Notes under the pieces: model-generated | Told to the model about the DNA's origin: nothing | The model's database searches: none | What the model saw: only the letters and a program-made list of their open reading frames with translations | In this document: positions 9,529 through 22,143 of the stretch, one piece after another | How the letters are laid out: each line of letters starts with the position of its first letter | Numbering within the stretch: position 1 is the first letter of the stretch | Translations under genes and position numbers: made by a program | Source of the DNA: Escherichia coli | GTDB taxonomy: Bacteria; Pseudomonadota; Gammaproteobacteria; Enterobacterales; Enterobacteriaceae | Direction: 5' to 3' (one strand) | Assembly: GCF_003334815.1 (NCBI RefSeq) | Contig: NZ_QOWO01000020.1 | DNA: 64,000 nucleotides

Positions 9529-9674
9529 TTTTCCGAATGATTGTTTTCTGGAACTAAATTATGTAAAGGTTATGCTGTCATATTTAAAGCGATTGTAAGC
9601 TAATGTATGTAATAAATGAGATAATTTACAGTAAGCTAAAAATCAGCCAGGCGATAATGACCTGGCTGATAGTT

Positions 9675-10970
<1,296 letters not shown>

Positions 10971-11070
10971 CTACATTTGCCAACTGTATGCTACGCCTGT
11001 GTTGCCGCTTCTCAGGCCCACGGTTCGCTGTCGTTGTAGGCCCGGTAACATGTGTACCGGGCCAGGGTTG

Positions 11071-13005
11071 TTAAGACGATTTACGTACGCGCAAATACCA
11101 TTCGCACAGTAAACGCACCTGTTTACGGGTGTAGCCTTTTTCCATCATACGGTCGACAAAGTCGTCGTGTTTCTTCTGCTCGTCGGTTGACGTTTTGGCG
11201 TTAAACGAGATAACCGGCAACAGCTCCTCGGTATTGGAGAACATTTTCTTCTCGATGACCGTGCGCAGTTTTTCATAGCTGGTCCAGTTCGGATTGCGTC
11301 CGCTGTTATTCGCTCTGGCGCGCAGTACGAAGTTAACAATCTCGTTGCGGAAATCTTTTGGATTACTGATCCCCGCCGGTTTCTCGATTTTCTCCAGCTC
11401 GGCGTTAAGAGACTCGCGGTCAAACAGCTGCCCGGTATCCGGATCGCGATACTCCTGATCCTGAATCCAGAAATCCGCGTAGGTAACATAACGGTCGAAA
11501 ATGTTTTGCCCATATTCGGAATAGGATTCAAGGTAGGCCGTCTGGATCTCTTTGCCGATAAACTCGGCATATTTCGGGATCAGATAACCTTTCAGGAACT
11601 CCAGATAGCGTTCTGCCTGCTCTTGTGGGAACTGCTCGCGCTCAATCTGCTGTTCCAGGACGTAGAACAGATGGACCGGGTTTGCTGCCACTTCTACATG
11701 ATCGAAGTTGAACACGCGGGAGAGGATCTTAAACGCAAAACGCGTCGACAGACCGTTCATCCCTTCATCGACACCGGCGTAGTCACGATATTCCTGATAC
11801 GACTTGGCTTTGGGATCGGTGTCTTTCAGACTTTCGCCATCATAAACCCGCATCTTTGAATAAATGCTGGAGTTTTCTGGCTCTTTCAGGCGCGAAAGAA
11901 TGGAAAAACGTGACAGTGTTTCGAGCGTGCCAGGGGCGCATGGGGCGTGAGTCAATTCACTGTGATTAAGCAATTTCTCGTAGATTTTGATCTCTTCGGA
12001 AATGCGCAAGCAATACGGCACCTTCACGATGTAAACACGATCGAGGAAGGCTTCGTTGTTTTTGTTATTACGGAAAGTGACCCATTCGGACTCGTTCGAG
12101 TGTGCGAGAATAATCCCGTTGAACGGCAGGGCGGAGATACCTTCCGTCCCGTTGTAGTTACCTTCCTGAGTGGCGGTTAACAAGGGATGCAGCACTTTAA
12201 TCGGTGCTTTAAACATCTCAACGAATTCCATGATCCCCTGATTGGCGCGGCACAGCGCACCGGAATAGCCGTAGGCGTCCGGGTCATTCTGCGCGTAGTG
12301 TTCGAGTTTACGAATATCGACTTTCCCAACCAGCGCGGAGATGTCCTGGTTGTTCTCATCGCCGGGTTCCGTTTTGGCGATAGCAATTTGTTGCAGAATT
12401 GACGGCCAGACCTTCACTACCCGGAACTTAGTGATATCGCCACCAAATTCATGCAGGCGTTTTGCCGCCCACGGCGACATGATGGTGCCGAGATAACGGC
12501 GAGGAATGCCATACTCTTTTTCCAGAATCTGCGCATCTTCCTGCGGATTGAAAAGACAGAACGGATGATCGTTGACCGGGCTACGCTCACCGTTCGCGCT
12601 CAATACATAAATCGGTACGAGCTGCATTAATGATTTCAGTCGCTCAGCAAGCGATGATTTACCCCCACCCACAGGCCCCAGCAGATACAGGATTTGTTTC
12701 TTCTCTTCCAGCCCCTGAGCCGCGTGTTTCAGATAAGAGACAATCTGTTCAATCGCGTCTTCCATGCCGTAAAACTCTTCAAACGCCGGATAACGTGCAA
12801 TGACCCGGTTAGAAAAGAGTCGAGAAAGTCTGGGTTCCTGGGCTGTATCGACCATGACAGGCTCACCGATAGCCATCAATAGCCGCTCAGCCGCGTTGGC
12901 ATAAGCACTGCGATCTTGCCGACAAGTGGTAAGAAACTCCTGCAGTGTGAACTCTTCGTCCTTGGCAGCTTCATATCGCTGGCGATAGTGATCGAATATA
13001 TTCAT
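11071..13005 (-). CDS. yeaG: PrkA-family serine protein kinase YeaG
   Basis: ORF track 644 aa; Walker A-like LLGPVGGGKSS. Confidence 0.9.
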   Translation of the reverse strand: MNIFDHYRQRYEAAKDEEFTLQEFLTTCRQDRSAYANAAERLLMAIGEPVMVDTAQEPRLSRLFSNRVIARYPAFEEFYGMEDAIEQIVSYLKHAAQGLEEKKQILYLLGPVGGGKSSLAERLKSLMQLVPIYVLSANGERSPVNDHPFCLFNPQEDAQILEKEYGIPRRYLGTIMSPWAAKRLHEFGGDITKFRVVKVWPSILQQIAIAKTEPGDENNQDISALVGKVDIRKLEHYAQNDPDAYGYSGALCRANQGIMEFVEMFKAPIKVLHPLLTATQEGNYNGTEGISALPFNGIILAHSNESEWVTFRNNKNNEAFLDRVYIVKVPYCLRISEEIKIYEKLLNHSELTHAPCAPGTLETLSRFSILSRLKEPENSSIYSKMRVYDGESLKDTDPKAKSYQEYRDYAGVDEGMNGLSTRFAFKILSRVFNFDHVEVAANPVHLFYVLEQQIEREQFPQEQAERYLEFLKGYLIPKYAEFIGKEIQTAYLESYSEYGQNIFDRYVTYADFWIQDQEYRDPDTGQLFDRESLNAELEKIEKPAGISNPKDFRNEIVNFVLRARANNSGRNPNWTSYEKLRTVIEKKMFSNTEELLPVISFNAKTSTDEQKKHDDFVDRMMEKGYTRKQVRLLCEWYLRVRKSS

Positions 13006-13440
13006 GGTATGCCGTCCTTTCGTTTTTTAGCACAGGTTAAGAGCCGTTCATATGAATAGTAGAGGCTCCCGGAAGAGGTAAACTGAACGACGTCTCTTGC
13101 TAAAACACAGCAACTCTCATGCCATTTTATCGACGATGAGAACAACGTGCCCGGTGATACACCTTCAAAATTAAGCGTAGATGGCAAATGGAAAACTTGC
13201 CTGCACGGCTTTCTTAATTTCAATGGCATATCAACAACTCATCCATAAATTTTGCATAATTAATGTAAAGACCAGGCTCGCCAGTAACGCTAAATTCATT
13301 TGGCTGTAAGCGCGGTGTCATCCGCGTCAGGAAAATTAAACAGTTACTTTAAAAAATGAAAACGTAAAAAGGTTGGGTTTCGATGTATTGACGGGTAAAC
13401 TTTGTCGCCCGCTAAACATTTGTTTAAGGAATGATTAATT

Positions 13441-14187
13441 GTGACCAAACTCAAACTTCTGGCACTTGGAGTGCTTATCGCAACGTCTGCAGGCGTAGCG
13501 CACGCTGAAGGTAAATTTTCCCTGGGCGCAGGCGTAGGTGTCGTTGAACACCCATATAAAGATTACGATACCGATGTTTACCCAGTACCGGTAATCAACT
13601 ATGAAGGCGATAACTTCTGGTTCCGTGGCTTAGGTGGTGGTTACTACCTGTGGAATGACGCAACGGATAAACTTTCAATTACCGCTTACTGGTCGCCGCT
13701 TTACTTCAAAGCGAAAGACAGTGGCGATCACCAAATGCGTCACCTGGATGACCGTAAGAGCACCATGATGGCTGGTCTGTCTTATGCTCACTTTACCCAG
13801 TACGGTTACCTGCGTACCACCCTGGCTGGCGATACCCTGGATAACAGCAACGGCATCGTCTGGGATATGGCCTGGTTGTATCGTTACACCAACGGTGGCC
13901 TGACCGTGACTCCGGGTATTGGTGTGCAGTGGAACAGCGAAAACCAGAACGAATACTATTATGGCGTATCGCGCAAAGAGTCCGCTCGCAGCGGTCTGCG
14001 TGGCTATAACCCGAACGACAGCTGGAGCCCTTACCTGGAGCTGAGCGCCAGCTACAACTTCCTCGGCGACTGGAGTGTTTACGGTACCGCACGCTACACC
14101 CGTCTGTCTGATGAAGTTACTGACAGCCCGATGGTGGATAAATCCTGGACTGGCCTGATTTCTACCGGGATCACCTACAAATTCTGA
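13441..14187 (+). CDS. mipA: MltA-interacting outer membrane protein MipA (GTG start)
   Basis: ORF track 248 aa, signal peptide, C-terminal YKF. Confidence 0.9.
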   Translation: MTKLKLLALGVLIATSAGVAHAEGKFSLGAGVGVVEHPYKDYDTDVYPVPVINYEGDNFWFRGLGGGYYLWNDATDKLSITAYWSPLYFKAKDSGDHQMRHLDDRKSTMMAGLSYAHFTQYGYLRTTLAGDTLDNSNGIVWDMAWLYRYTNGGLTVTPGIGVQWNSENQNEYYYGVSRKESARSGLRGYNPNDSWSPYLELSASYNFLGDWSVYGTARYTRLSDEVTDSPMVDKSWTGLISTGITYKF

Positions 14188-14216
14188 TAATGCATCTTTC
14201 CAGGGCATTTTGTGCA

Positions 14217-14246
14217 TAAAAACAGGGCGTCACGCCCTGTTTTGCA
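14217..14246 (+). terminator. intrinsic terminator downstream of mipA
   Basis: stem cagggcg/cgccctg flanked by A-run and T-run. Confidence 0.55.
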
Positions 14247-14276
14247 TTACGGTGGTGCAATACCTGGGAGGAAACA

Positions 14277-15131
14277 ATGCAACAAAAAATGATTCAATTT
14301 AGTGGCGATGTCTCACTGCCAGCCGTAGGGCAGGGAACATGGTATATGGGCGAAGATGCCAGTCAGCGCAAAACAGAAGTTGCTGCACTACGCGCGGGCA
14401 TTGAACTCGGTTTAACCCTCATTGATACCGCCGAAATGTATGCCGATGGCGGTGCCGAAAAGGTGGTTGGGGAAGCATTAACCGGTCTGCGAGAGAAGGT
14501 CTTTCTCGTCTCTAAAGTCTATCCGTGGAATGCTGGCGGGCAAAAAGCGATAAATGCATGCGAAGCCAGTTTACGCCGTCTCAATACTGATTATCTCGAT
14601 CTTTACTTATTACACTGGTCTGGCAGTTTCGCTTTTGAAGAGACTGTCGCAGCGATGGAAAAATTGATCGCCCAGGGAAAAATCCGCCGCTGGGGCGTTT
14701 CTAACCTTGATTATGCTGATATGCAGGAACTCTGGCAGCTGCCGGGGGGAAATCAGTGTGCCACTAATCAGGTGCTTTACCATCTCGGTTCACGAGGAAT
14801 TGAGTACGATCTACTCCCCTGGTGCCAGCAACAGCAGATGCCGGTGATGGCTTACAGTCCGTTAGCCCAGGCCGGGCGGTTGCGCAATGGACTGTTAAAA
14901 AACGCGGTAGTCAACGAAATTGCACATGCTCACAATATCAGCGCGGCACAAGTATTGTTGGCGTGGGTGATCAGTCATCAGGGTGTGATGGCGATTCCAA
15001 AAGCGGCCACGATTGCCCATGTCCAACAAAATGCGGCTGTGCTTGAGGTCGAACTTTCTTCGGCGGAATTAGCTATGCTGGATAAGGCATATCCGGCACC
15101 AAAAGGAAAAACTGCGCTGGATATGGTGTGA
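14277..15131 (+). CDS. yeaE: aldo-keto reductase (methylglyoxal reductase YeaE)
   Basis: ORF track 284 aa. Confidence 0.9.
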   Translation: MQQKMIQFSGDVSLPAVGQGTWYMGEDASQRKTEVAALRAGIELGLTLIDTAEMYADGGAEKVVGEALTGLREKVFLVSKVYPWNAGGQKAINACEASLRRLNTDYLDLYLLHWSGSFAFEETVAAMEKLIAQGKIRRWGVSNLDYADMQELWQLPGGNQCATNQVLYHLGSRGIEYDLLPWCQQQQMPVMAYSPLAQAGRLRNGLLKNAVVNEIAHAHNISAAQVLLAWVISHQGVMAIPKAATIAHVQQNAAVLEVELSSAELAMLDKAYPAPKGKTALDMV

Positions 15132-15178
15132 TGTTGTGTGCCGGATGCATTGCACCCGGCACACAACATTAACGTAAA

Positions 15179-16063
15179 TTAACGTTTCGCAACGCGAATG
15201 GATTGCGCCAGATGTGCAGGTTTCTCTTTGGTCACTTTTTGCGTTTCTGAAGCGTAAGCCGTTTCTACACAAACAAATGTTTTGTAGCCATCATCCGGCA
15301 TATCGCCCATGCTAATTGAAAGCGCCGGTCCCGGGTTCCAGCCGACAACGTTCAGATGATGCTGGTGGCCTACGGCGATAATACGATTCAGCGCTTCATC
15401 ATTAATCACGCTGCAATCTTGTGGATTCAGATACACGCGATCGGTACGGTCAGGGAAGGTCTGAATACCATCGGTCAGTACATTTTCTTTCGCGTCATTC
15501 ACTTTATCAATGAAGCGATCGCCCAGCCCACTGACGCTTACCTTAGCGATATCACCCACGTTAAAGTAGGTATGCAGGGCAGAGGTGGTTTCAAATTCGC
15601 CATGTGATTCAAGATCGATTTCACAAGTTTTACCCACGCGGAAATGCGCTAACAGCGTAAAGTCGTGCGGCCAGAATTTTTTCGTCTCTTCGCTTTGCGT
15701 CAATTCAAAAGTCAGCGCTACGCCATCAGCATCTTCATGATGTGATTTCAGCGTCCACGGCAGGTTGCGGGCAAAACCGTGCGCAGGCAGACCTTGTTGT
15801 GCCGCCGGACCAAACCACGGCCAGCAAACCGGTACGCCACCGCGAATAGCGACGCCATTTTTGAACGGTGTGTTGTTGCTCAACCACAGAACTTCTTCTT
15901 CACCCGCAGGTTTCCACGAGAGAAGGTGTGCGCCCTGTAATGCAAAAGAGGCTTTTACCTGGGGATGATCGACCACAATGAGGTCCAGTTCATCCAGTTT
16001 ACGACGGGAGAGGACAGGGGAGATTTGTTCGATGACCGGAAGGGCAAAAATTTTCTTAATCAT
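15179..16063 (-). CDS. yeaD: glucose-6-phosphate 1-epimerase (aldose 1-epimerase family) YeaD, 294 aa
   Basis: ORF 15179..16084; start set at internal Met (MIKKIFALPV...). Confidence 0.9.
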   Translation of the reverse strand: MIKKIFALPVIEQISPVLSRRKLDELDLIVVDHPQVKASFALQGAHLLSWKPAGEEEVLWLSNNTPFKNGVAIRGGVPVCWPWFGPAAQQGLPAHGFARNLPWTLKSHHEDADGVALTFELTQSEETKKFWPHDFTLLAHFRVGKTCEIDLESHGEFETTSALHTYFNVGDIAKVSVSGLGDRFIDKVNDAKENVLTDGIQTFPDRTDRVYLNPQDCSVINDEALNRIIAVGHQHHLNVVGWNPGPALSISMGDMPDDGYKTFVCVETAYASETQKVTKEKPAHLAQSIRVAKR

Positions 16064-16093
16064 GACGCAGTCCTTTAACTTCATTTTATCAGG

Positions 16094-16126
16094 TAAAAAA
16101 AAGAGCGACCGAAGTCGCTCTTTTTA
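16094..16126 (-). terminator. intrinsic terminator downstream of gapA
   Basis: stem aagagcgac/gtcgctctt with T-runs on both strands. Confidence 0.65.
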
Positions 16127-16146
16127 GATCACAGTGTCATCTCAAC

Positions 16147-17154
<1,008 letters not shown>

Positions 17155-17483
17155 CTATTTGTTAGTGAATAAAAGGTTGCCTGTAAAATTACAAAAACCT
17201 TACGCAGCGTCAAGCGGAATCGTGTCAATCATTGCGACAAATCAATCCTGTGCCTAAGCATTACGCGACTGACTCGCCTCACTCTTCCTTTGGGCTTGAG
17301 ACCACATGGGGTCGGCGCCCCGAATTTTAAAGGGCAATTACGATAAAAATGTGATTTTCATCACGATTTAGGTGCAGCCATTTCGTCGAGATCAAGTTTA
17401 GGACAAAATTTTGCCAGTTGGTGTTAATGTTTTGTTAGAATCAGTCACGTAATGTGAGCACGATTAAAGTGAGATGTGAGCAA

Positions 17484-17897
17484 ATGGCTAATAAACCTTC
17501 GGCAGAAGAACTGAAAAAAAATTTGTCCGAGATGCAGTTTTACGTGACGCAGAATCATGGGACAGAGCCGCCATTTACGGGTCGTTTACTGCATAACAAG
17601 CGTGACGGCGTATATCACTGTTTGATCTGCGATGCCCCGCTGTTTCATTCCCAAACCAAGTATGATTCCGGCTGTGGCTGGCCCAGTTTCTACGAACCGG
17701 TAAGTGAAGAATCCATTCGTTATATCAAAGACTTGTCACATGGAATGCAGCGCATAGAAATTCGTTGCGGTAACTGTGATGCCCATCTGGGGCATGTCTT
17801 CCCCGACGGGCCGCAGCCAACGGGCGAACGTTATTGTGTTAACTCTGCCTCTTTACGCTTTACCGATGGCGAAAACGGCGAAGAAATCAACGGTTGA
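17484..17897 (+). CDS. msrB: peptide methionine-(R)-S-oxide reductase MsrB, 137 aa
   Basis: ORF 17454..17897; Zn-binding CxxC pairs; start at MANKPSAEE. Confidence 0.9.
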
Positions 17898-17938
17898 AAA
17901 AACGATTCAGCAACTTATTCCACAGGAGCGGAAAAATT

Positions 17939-18211
17939 ATGAATCTTGATGACATTATCAACAGCATGATGCCTGAGGTATACCAGCGTTTGTCGACCGC
18001 CGTTGAACTGGGGAAATGGCCTGATGGCGTTGCGTTGACCGAGGAACAAAAAGAGAACTGCCTGCAACTGGTGATGCTGTGGCAAGCCCGCCATAATATC
18101 GAAGCACAGCATATGACAATTGACACAAATGGTCAGATGGTCATGAAGAGCAAACAGCAGTTAAAAGAAGATTTTGGTATCTCAGCAAAGCCTATTGCCA
18201 TGTTTAAGTAA
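17939..18211 (+). CDS. yeaC: DUF1315 protein YeaC, 90 aa
   Basis: ORF 17894..18211 trimmed to internal Met (MNLDDIINSMM...). Confidence 0.8.
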   Translation: MNLDDIINSMMPEVYQRLSTAVELGKWPDGVALTEEQKENCLQLVMLWQARHNIEAQHMTIDTNGQMVMKSKQQLKEDFGISAKPIAMFK

Positions 18212-18469
18212 GTGGTTCATCCCCTTTTTGCCTCGGCTATGAAGGGGATAGCCAACAATGACCCCACGACTCATCTCAATTATCTCGCCATGACCTGGCT
18301 AAGTCCCAGTCCGATCTCTTGCCGTCCCGTTCACACCTGAATGACTTCTCCTGAACTTAAGTCTCAGACCTATTTGGCCGGTAATCCCTCTCGAATTTGC
18401 TCTTTTTGCGCCCCGCCTTCCATCAACCTGTAACAGACCCAGCCATTTTCTGCGTAATTGTGATCTGAG

Positions 18470-18503
18470 TTGTAAAACGCAGATTATTATCTGTGTTTTA
18501 CAG
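18470..18503. promoter_or_regulatory. 14-bp imperfect inverted repeat, candidate operator upstream of ydjL
   Basis: TTGTAAAACGCAGA-ttatta-TCTGTGTTTTACAG, about 80 bp upstream of the ydjL ATG. Confidence 0.3.
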
Positions 18504-18580
18504 ATTTAATGTTGACCTCAAAAATCATGTGGGTAAGTATGATGGCCATCTAAGCAAAACTAAACACAGAGGATGACGCA

Positions 18581-19657
18581 ATGAAAGCACTGGCTCGGTT
18601 TGGCAAGGCCTTTGGCGGCTACAAGATGATTGATGTCCCACAACCCATGTGTGGCCCGGAAGATGTAGTGATTGAAATTAAAGCCGCGGCAATCTGCGGC
18701 GCAGACATGAAGCACTACAATGTCGATAGCGGTTCTGATGAGTTTAACTCTATCCGCGGCCATGAGTTCGCAGGTTGTATTGCGCAGGTTGGTGAAAAAG
18801 TCAAAGACTGGAAAGTGGGGCAACGCGTCGTATCGGATAACAGCGGTCACGTTTGCGGTGTTTGTCCGGCCTGTGAACAAGGTGATTTTCTGTGTTGTAC
18901 AGAAAAAGTAAACCTTGGTCTGGATAATAATACCTGGGGCGGTGGTTTTTCCAAATATTGTCTGGTTCCTGGTGAAATTCTCAAAATTCATCGTCATGCG
19001 TTGTGGGAAATCCCTGATGGTGTTGATTATGAGGACGCAGCCGTACTTGACCCTATCTGTAATGCCTACAAATCCATCGCGCAGCAATCGAAATTCCTTC
19101 CTGGTCAGGATGTGGTCGTCATCGGCACTGGCCCACTCGGGCTGTTCTCCGTACAAATGGCGCGAATTATGGGGGCGGTAAATATCGTCGTCGTTGGTCT
19201 GCAAGAAGATGTGGCGGTCCGCTTCCCGGTTGCAAAAGAACTGGGTGCGACGGCAGTAGTAAATGGTTCTACCGAAGATGTGGTGGCGCGCTGCCAGCAA
19301 ATTTGTGGCAAAGACAATCTGGGACTGGTGATTGAATGCTCCGGTGCCAATATCGCACTGAAACAAGCCATCGAAATGCTCCGCCCGAACGGGGAAGTGG
19401 TACGCGTTGGAATGGGCTTCAAACCTCTTGATTTCTCGATTAATGACATTACCGCCTGGAACAAAAGCATCATTGGGCATATGGCCTATGACTCCACCTC
19501 ATGGCGTAACGCTATCAGGCTATTAGCCAGCGGCGCTATCAAAGTCAAACCGATGATCACGCATCGTATCGGCCTGTCGCAATGGCGCGAAGGGTTTGAT
19601 GCGATGGTCGATAAAACCGCAATCAAAGTGATCATGACTTACGACTTTGATGAATAA
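18581..19657 (+). CDS. ydjL: Zn-dependent medium-chain dehydrogenase YdjL
   Basis: ORF track 358 aa. Confidence 0.9.
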   Translation: MKALARFGKAFGGYKMIDVPQPMCGPEDVVIEIKAAAICGADMKHYNVDSGSDEFNSIRGHEFAGCIAQVGEKVKDWKVGQRVVSDNSGHVCGVCPACEQGDFLCCTEKVNLGLDNNTWGGGFSKYCLVPGEILKIHRHALWEIPDGVDYEDAAVLDPICNAYKSIAQQSKFLPGQDVVVIGTGPLGLFSVQMARIMGAVNIVVVGLQEDVAVRFPVAKELGATAVVNGSTEDVVARCQQICGKDNLGLVIECSGANIALKQAIEMLRPNGEVVRVGMGFKPLDFSINDITAWNKSIIGHMAYDSTSWRNAIRLLASGAIKVKPMITHRIGLSQWREGFDAMVDKTAIKVIMTYDFDE

Positions 19658-19683
19658 CCACTCTCCTGAAGGAACGTTATCGC

Positions 19684-21063
19684 ATGGAACAGATAACAAA
19701 ACCGCATTGTGGTGCACGGCTGGATCGCTTACCGGATTGCCGCTGGCATTCATCAATGTTTGCCATCGTCGCGTTTGGCTTGCTTGTCTGCTGGAGTAAT
19801 GCCGTTGGTGGCTTGATCCTCGCGCAGCTGAAAGCGTTGGGCTGGACAGATAATTCCACCACAGCCACATTCTCAGCAATCACGACCGCCGGAATGTTTC
19901 TCGGTGCGCTGGTGGGCGGCATCATTGGCGACAAAACCGGTCGCAGAAATGCGTTCATCCTCTATGAGGCCATTCATATTGCCTCGATGGTTGTCGGTGC
20001 TTTCTCACCGAATATGGATTTCCTTATTGCCTGCCGTTTTGTGATGGGAGTTGGGCTGGGAGCTTTACTGGTTACGCTGTTTGCTGGTTTCACCGAATAT
20101 ATGCCCGGTAGAAATCGTGGAACGTGGTCAAGTCGGGTTTCCTTTATTGGCAACTGGTCATATCCGCTCTGTTCATTGATAGCGATGGGACTCACGCCGC
20201 TGATTAGTGCAGAGTGGAACTGGCGGGTACAACTGCTTATCCCTGCAATATTGTCGCTTATCGCTACGGCGCTGGCCTGGCGCTACTTTCCTGAATCCCC
20301 GCGCTGGCTGGAATCGCGCGGACGGTATCAGGAAGCCGAGAAAGTCATGCGGAGTATAGAAGAAGGCGTCATACGCCAGACGGGTAAACCTTTGCCGCCT
20401 GTGGTTATTGCTGATGACGGTAAAGCGCCACAAGCGGTGCCGTATTCAGCCTTACTGACAGGAGTATTACTGAAACGCGTGATATTAGGCTCTTGTGTGC
20501 TGATTGCCATGAACGTTGTGCAGTACACACTAATTAACTGGTTGCCAACAATATTCATGACCCAGGGGATTAATTTAAAAGACTCGATTGTTTTAAATAC
20601 CATGAGTATGTTTGGCGCACCATTTGGTATTTTTATTGCCATGCTGGTGATGGATAAAATTCCGCGTAAAACAATGGGTGTGGGGCTATTAATCCTGATT
20701 GCGGTGCTCGGATATATCTATTCACTGCAAACCAGTATGTTGCTCATAACGTTGATTGGTTTCTTCCTGATTACTTTCGTCTATATGTACGTTTGCTATG
20801 CCTCGGCAGTGTATGTCCCTGAAATCTGGCCGACAGAGGCCAAACTCCGTGGCTCCGGTCTGGCGAATGCGGTAGGGCGAATCAGTGGTATTGCCGCACC
20901 TTATGCCGTTGCAGTGCTGCTCAGTAGTTATGGCGTTACGGGAGTCTTTATTCTTCTGGGGGCGGTTTCAATTATTGTCGCAATTGCTATCGCCACCATT
21001 GGAATCGAAACCAAAGGTGTCTCCGTTGAAAGTTTAAGTATTGATGCAGTAGCCAATAAATAA
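19684..21063 (+). CDS. ydjK: MFS sugar-type transporter YdjK
   Basis: ORF track 459 aa. Confidence 0.9.
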   Translation: MEQITKPHCGARLDRLPDCRWHSSMFAIVAFGLLVCWSNAVGGLILAQLKALGWTDNSTTATFSAITTAGMFLGALVGGIIGDKTGRRNAFILYEAIHIASMVVGAFSPNMDFLIACRFVMGVGLGALLVTLFAGFTEYMPGRNRGTWSSRVSFIGNWSYPLCSLIAMGLTPLISAEWNWRVQLLIPAILSLIATALAWRYFPESPRWLESRGRYQEAEKVMRSIEEGVIRQTGKPLPPVVIADDGKAPQAVPYSALLTGVLLKRVILGSCVLIAMNVVQYTLINWLPTIFMTQGINLKDSIVLNTMSMFGAPFGIFIAMLVMDKIPRKTMGVGLLILIAVLGYIYSLQTSMLLITLIGFFLITFVYMYVCYASAVYVPEIWPTEAKLRGSGLANAVGRISGIAAPYAVAVLLSSYGVTGVFILLGAVSIIVAIAIATIGIETKGVSVESLSIDAVANK

Positions 21064-21079
21064 TACGGGTGGATTCAAA

Positions 21080-22123
21080 ATGAAAAATTCAAAAGCAATA
21101 TTGCAGGTGCCGGGCACAATGAAAATTATTTCAGCAGAAATACCAGTGCCTAAAGAAGATGAAGTTTTGATTAAAGTAGAATATGTCGGTATTTGTGGTT
21201 CAGATGTACATGGTTTTGAATCAGGCCCGTTTATTCCGCCTAAAGACCCAAATCAAGAAATTGGCCTGGGTCATGAATGCGCCGGGACGGTTGTGGCTGT
21301 GGGAAGCCGCGTGCGCAAATTTAAACCGGGGGATCGGGTAAATATCGAACCTGGCGTTCCTTGCGGTCACTGTCGTTACTGTCTGGAAGGCAAATATAAC
21401 ATCTGCCCGGACGTTGATTTTATGGCGACACAACCCAACTACCGCGGCGCATTAACGCACTATCTGTGTCATCCGGAGAGCTTTACTTACAAACTGCCCG
21501 ACAATATGGACACGATGGAAGGGGCGCTGGTGGAGCCTGCCGCAGTCGGGATGCATGCCGCGATGCTGGCAGATGTTAAACCGGGTAAGAAGATAATTAT
21601 TCTGGGAGCAGGTTGTATTGGTTTGATGACGTTGCAAGCGTGCAAATGCCTGGGAGCAACGGAAATTGCCGTCGTTGATGTGCTGGAAAAACGTCTGGCA
21701 ATGGCGGAACAGCTTGGTGCGACAGTGGTTATTAACGGCGCAAAAGAAGACACTATTGCACGCTGTCAGCAATTTACCGAAGACATGGGCGCAGATATTG
21801 TTTTCGAAACAGCGGGTTCTGCGGTCACCGTTAAACAGGCACCTTATCTGGTAATGCGCGGCGGTAAAATTATGATTGTTGGTACTGTACCCGGCGATTC
21901 GGCAATCAATTTCCTCAAAATCAATCGCGAAGTCACTATCCAGACGGTATTCCGCTATGCCAATCGTTATCCGGTCACGATTGAAGCTATTTCTTCAGGG
22001 CGATTCGATGTGAAATCGATGGTGACGCATATTTACGATTATCGGGATGTACAACAGGCATTTGAAGAGTCAGTTAACAACAAACGCGACATTATTAAAG
22101 GCGTTATTAAAATTAGCGATTAA
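21080..22123 (+). CDS. ydjJ: Zn-dependent polyol/alcohol dehydrogenase YdjJ
   Basis: ORF track 347 aa. Confidence 0.9.
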   Translation: MKNSKAILQVPGTMKIISAEIPVPKEDEVLIKVEYVGICGSDVHGFESGPFIPPKDPNQEIGLGHECAGTVVAVGSRVRKFKPGDRVNIEPGVPCGHCRYCLEGKYNICPDVDFMATQPNYRGALTHYLCHPESFTYKLPDNMDTMEGALVEPAAVGMHAAMLADVKPGKKIIILGAGCIGLMTLQACKCLGATEIAVVDVLEKRLAMAEQLGATVVINGAKEDTIARCQQFTEDMGADIVFETAGSAVTVKQAPYLVMRGGKIMIVGTVPGDSAINFLKINREVTIQTVFRYANRYPVTIEAISSGRFDVKSMVTHIYDYRDVQQAFEESVNNKRDIIKGVIKISD

Positions 22124-22143
22124 TTAATACGGGAGAACAGAAC

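Noticed and set aside
13006-13440. Possible sigma-54 promoter for yeaG in the yeaG-mipA spacer
   Set aside because: A TGGCAT motif is present, but I could not find a correctly spaced -12 GC element on the yeaG strand; not called.
18245-18346. 33-codon ORF (MKGIANNDPTTHLNYLAMTWLSPSPISCRPVHT) in the yeaC-ydjL spacer
   Set aside because: No Shine-Dalgarno, no hydrophobic or otherwise recognisable character; likely chance ORF inside a promoter region.
18560-19480. 306-aa minus-strand ORF, and others at 13675..14217, 33175..33675, 34176..34580 and 54297..54785
   Set aside because: All are antisense to well-supported genes (ydjL, mipA, topB, spy) with no recognisable domains.
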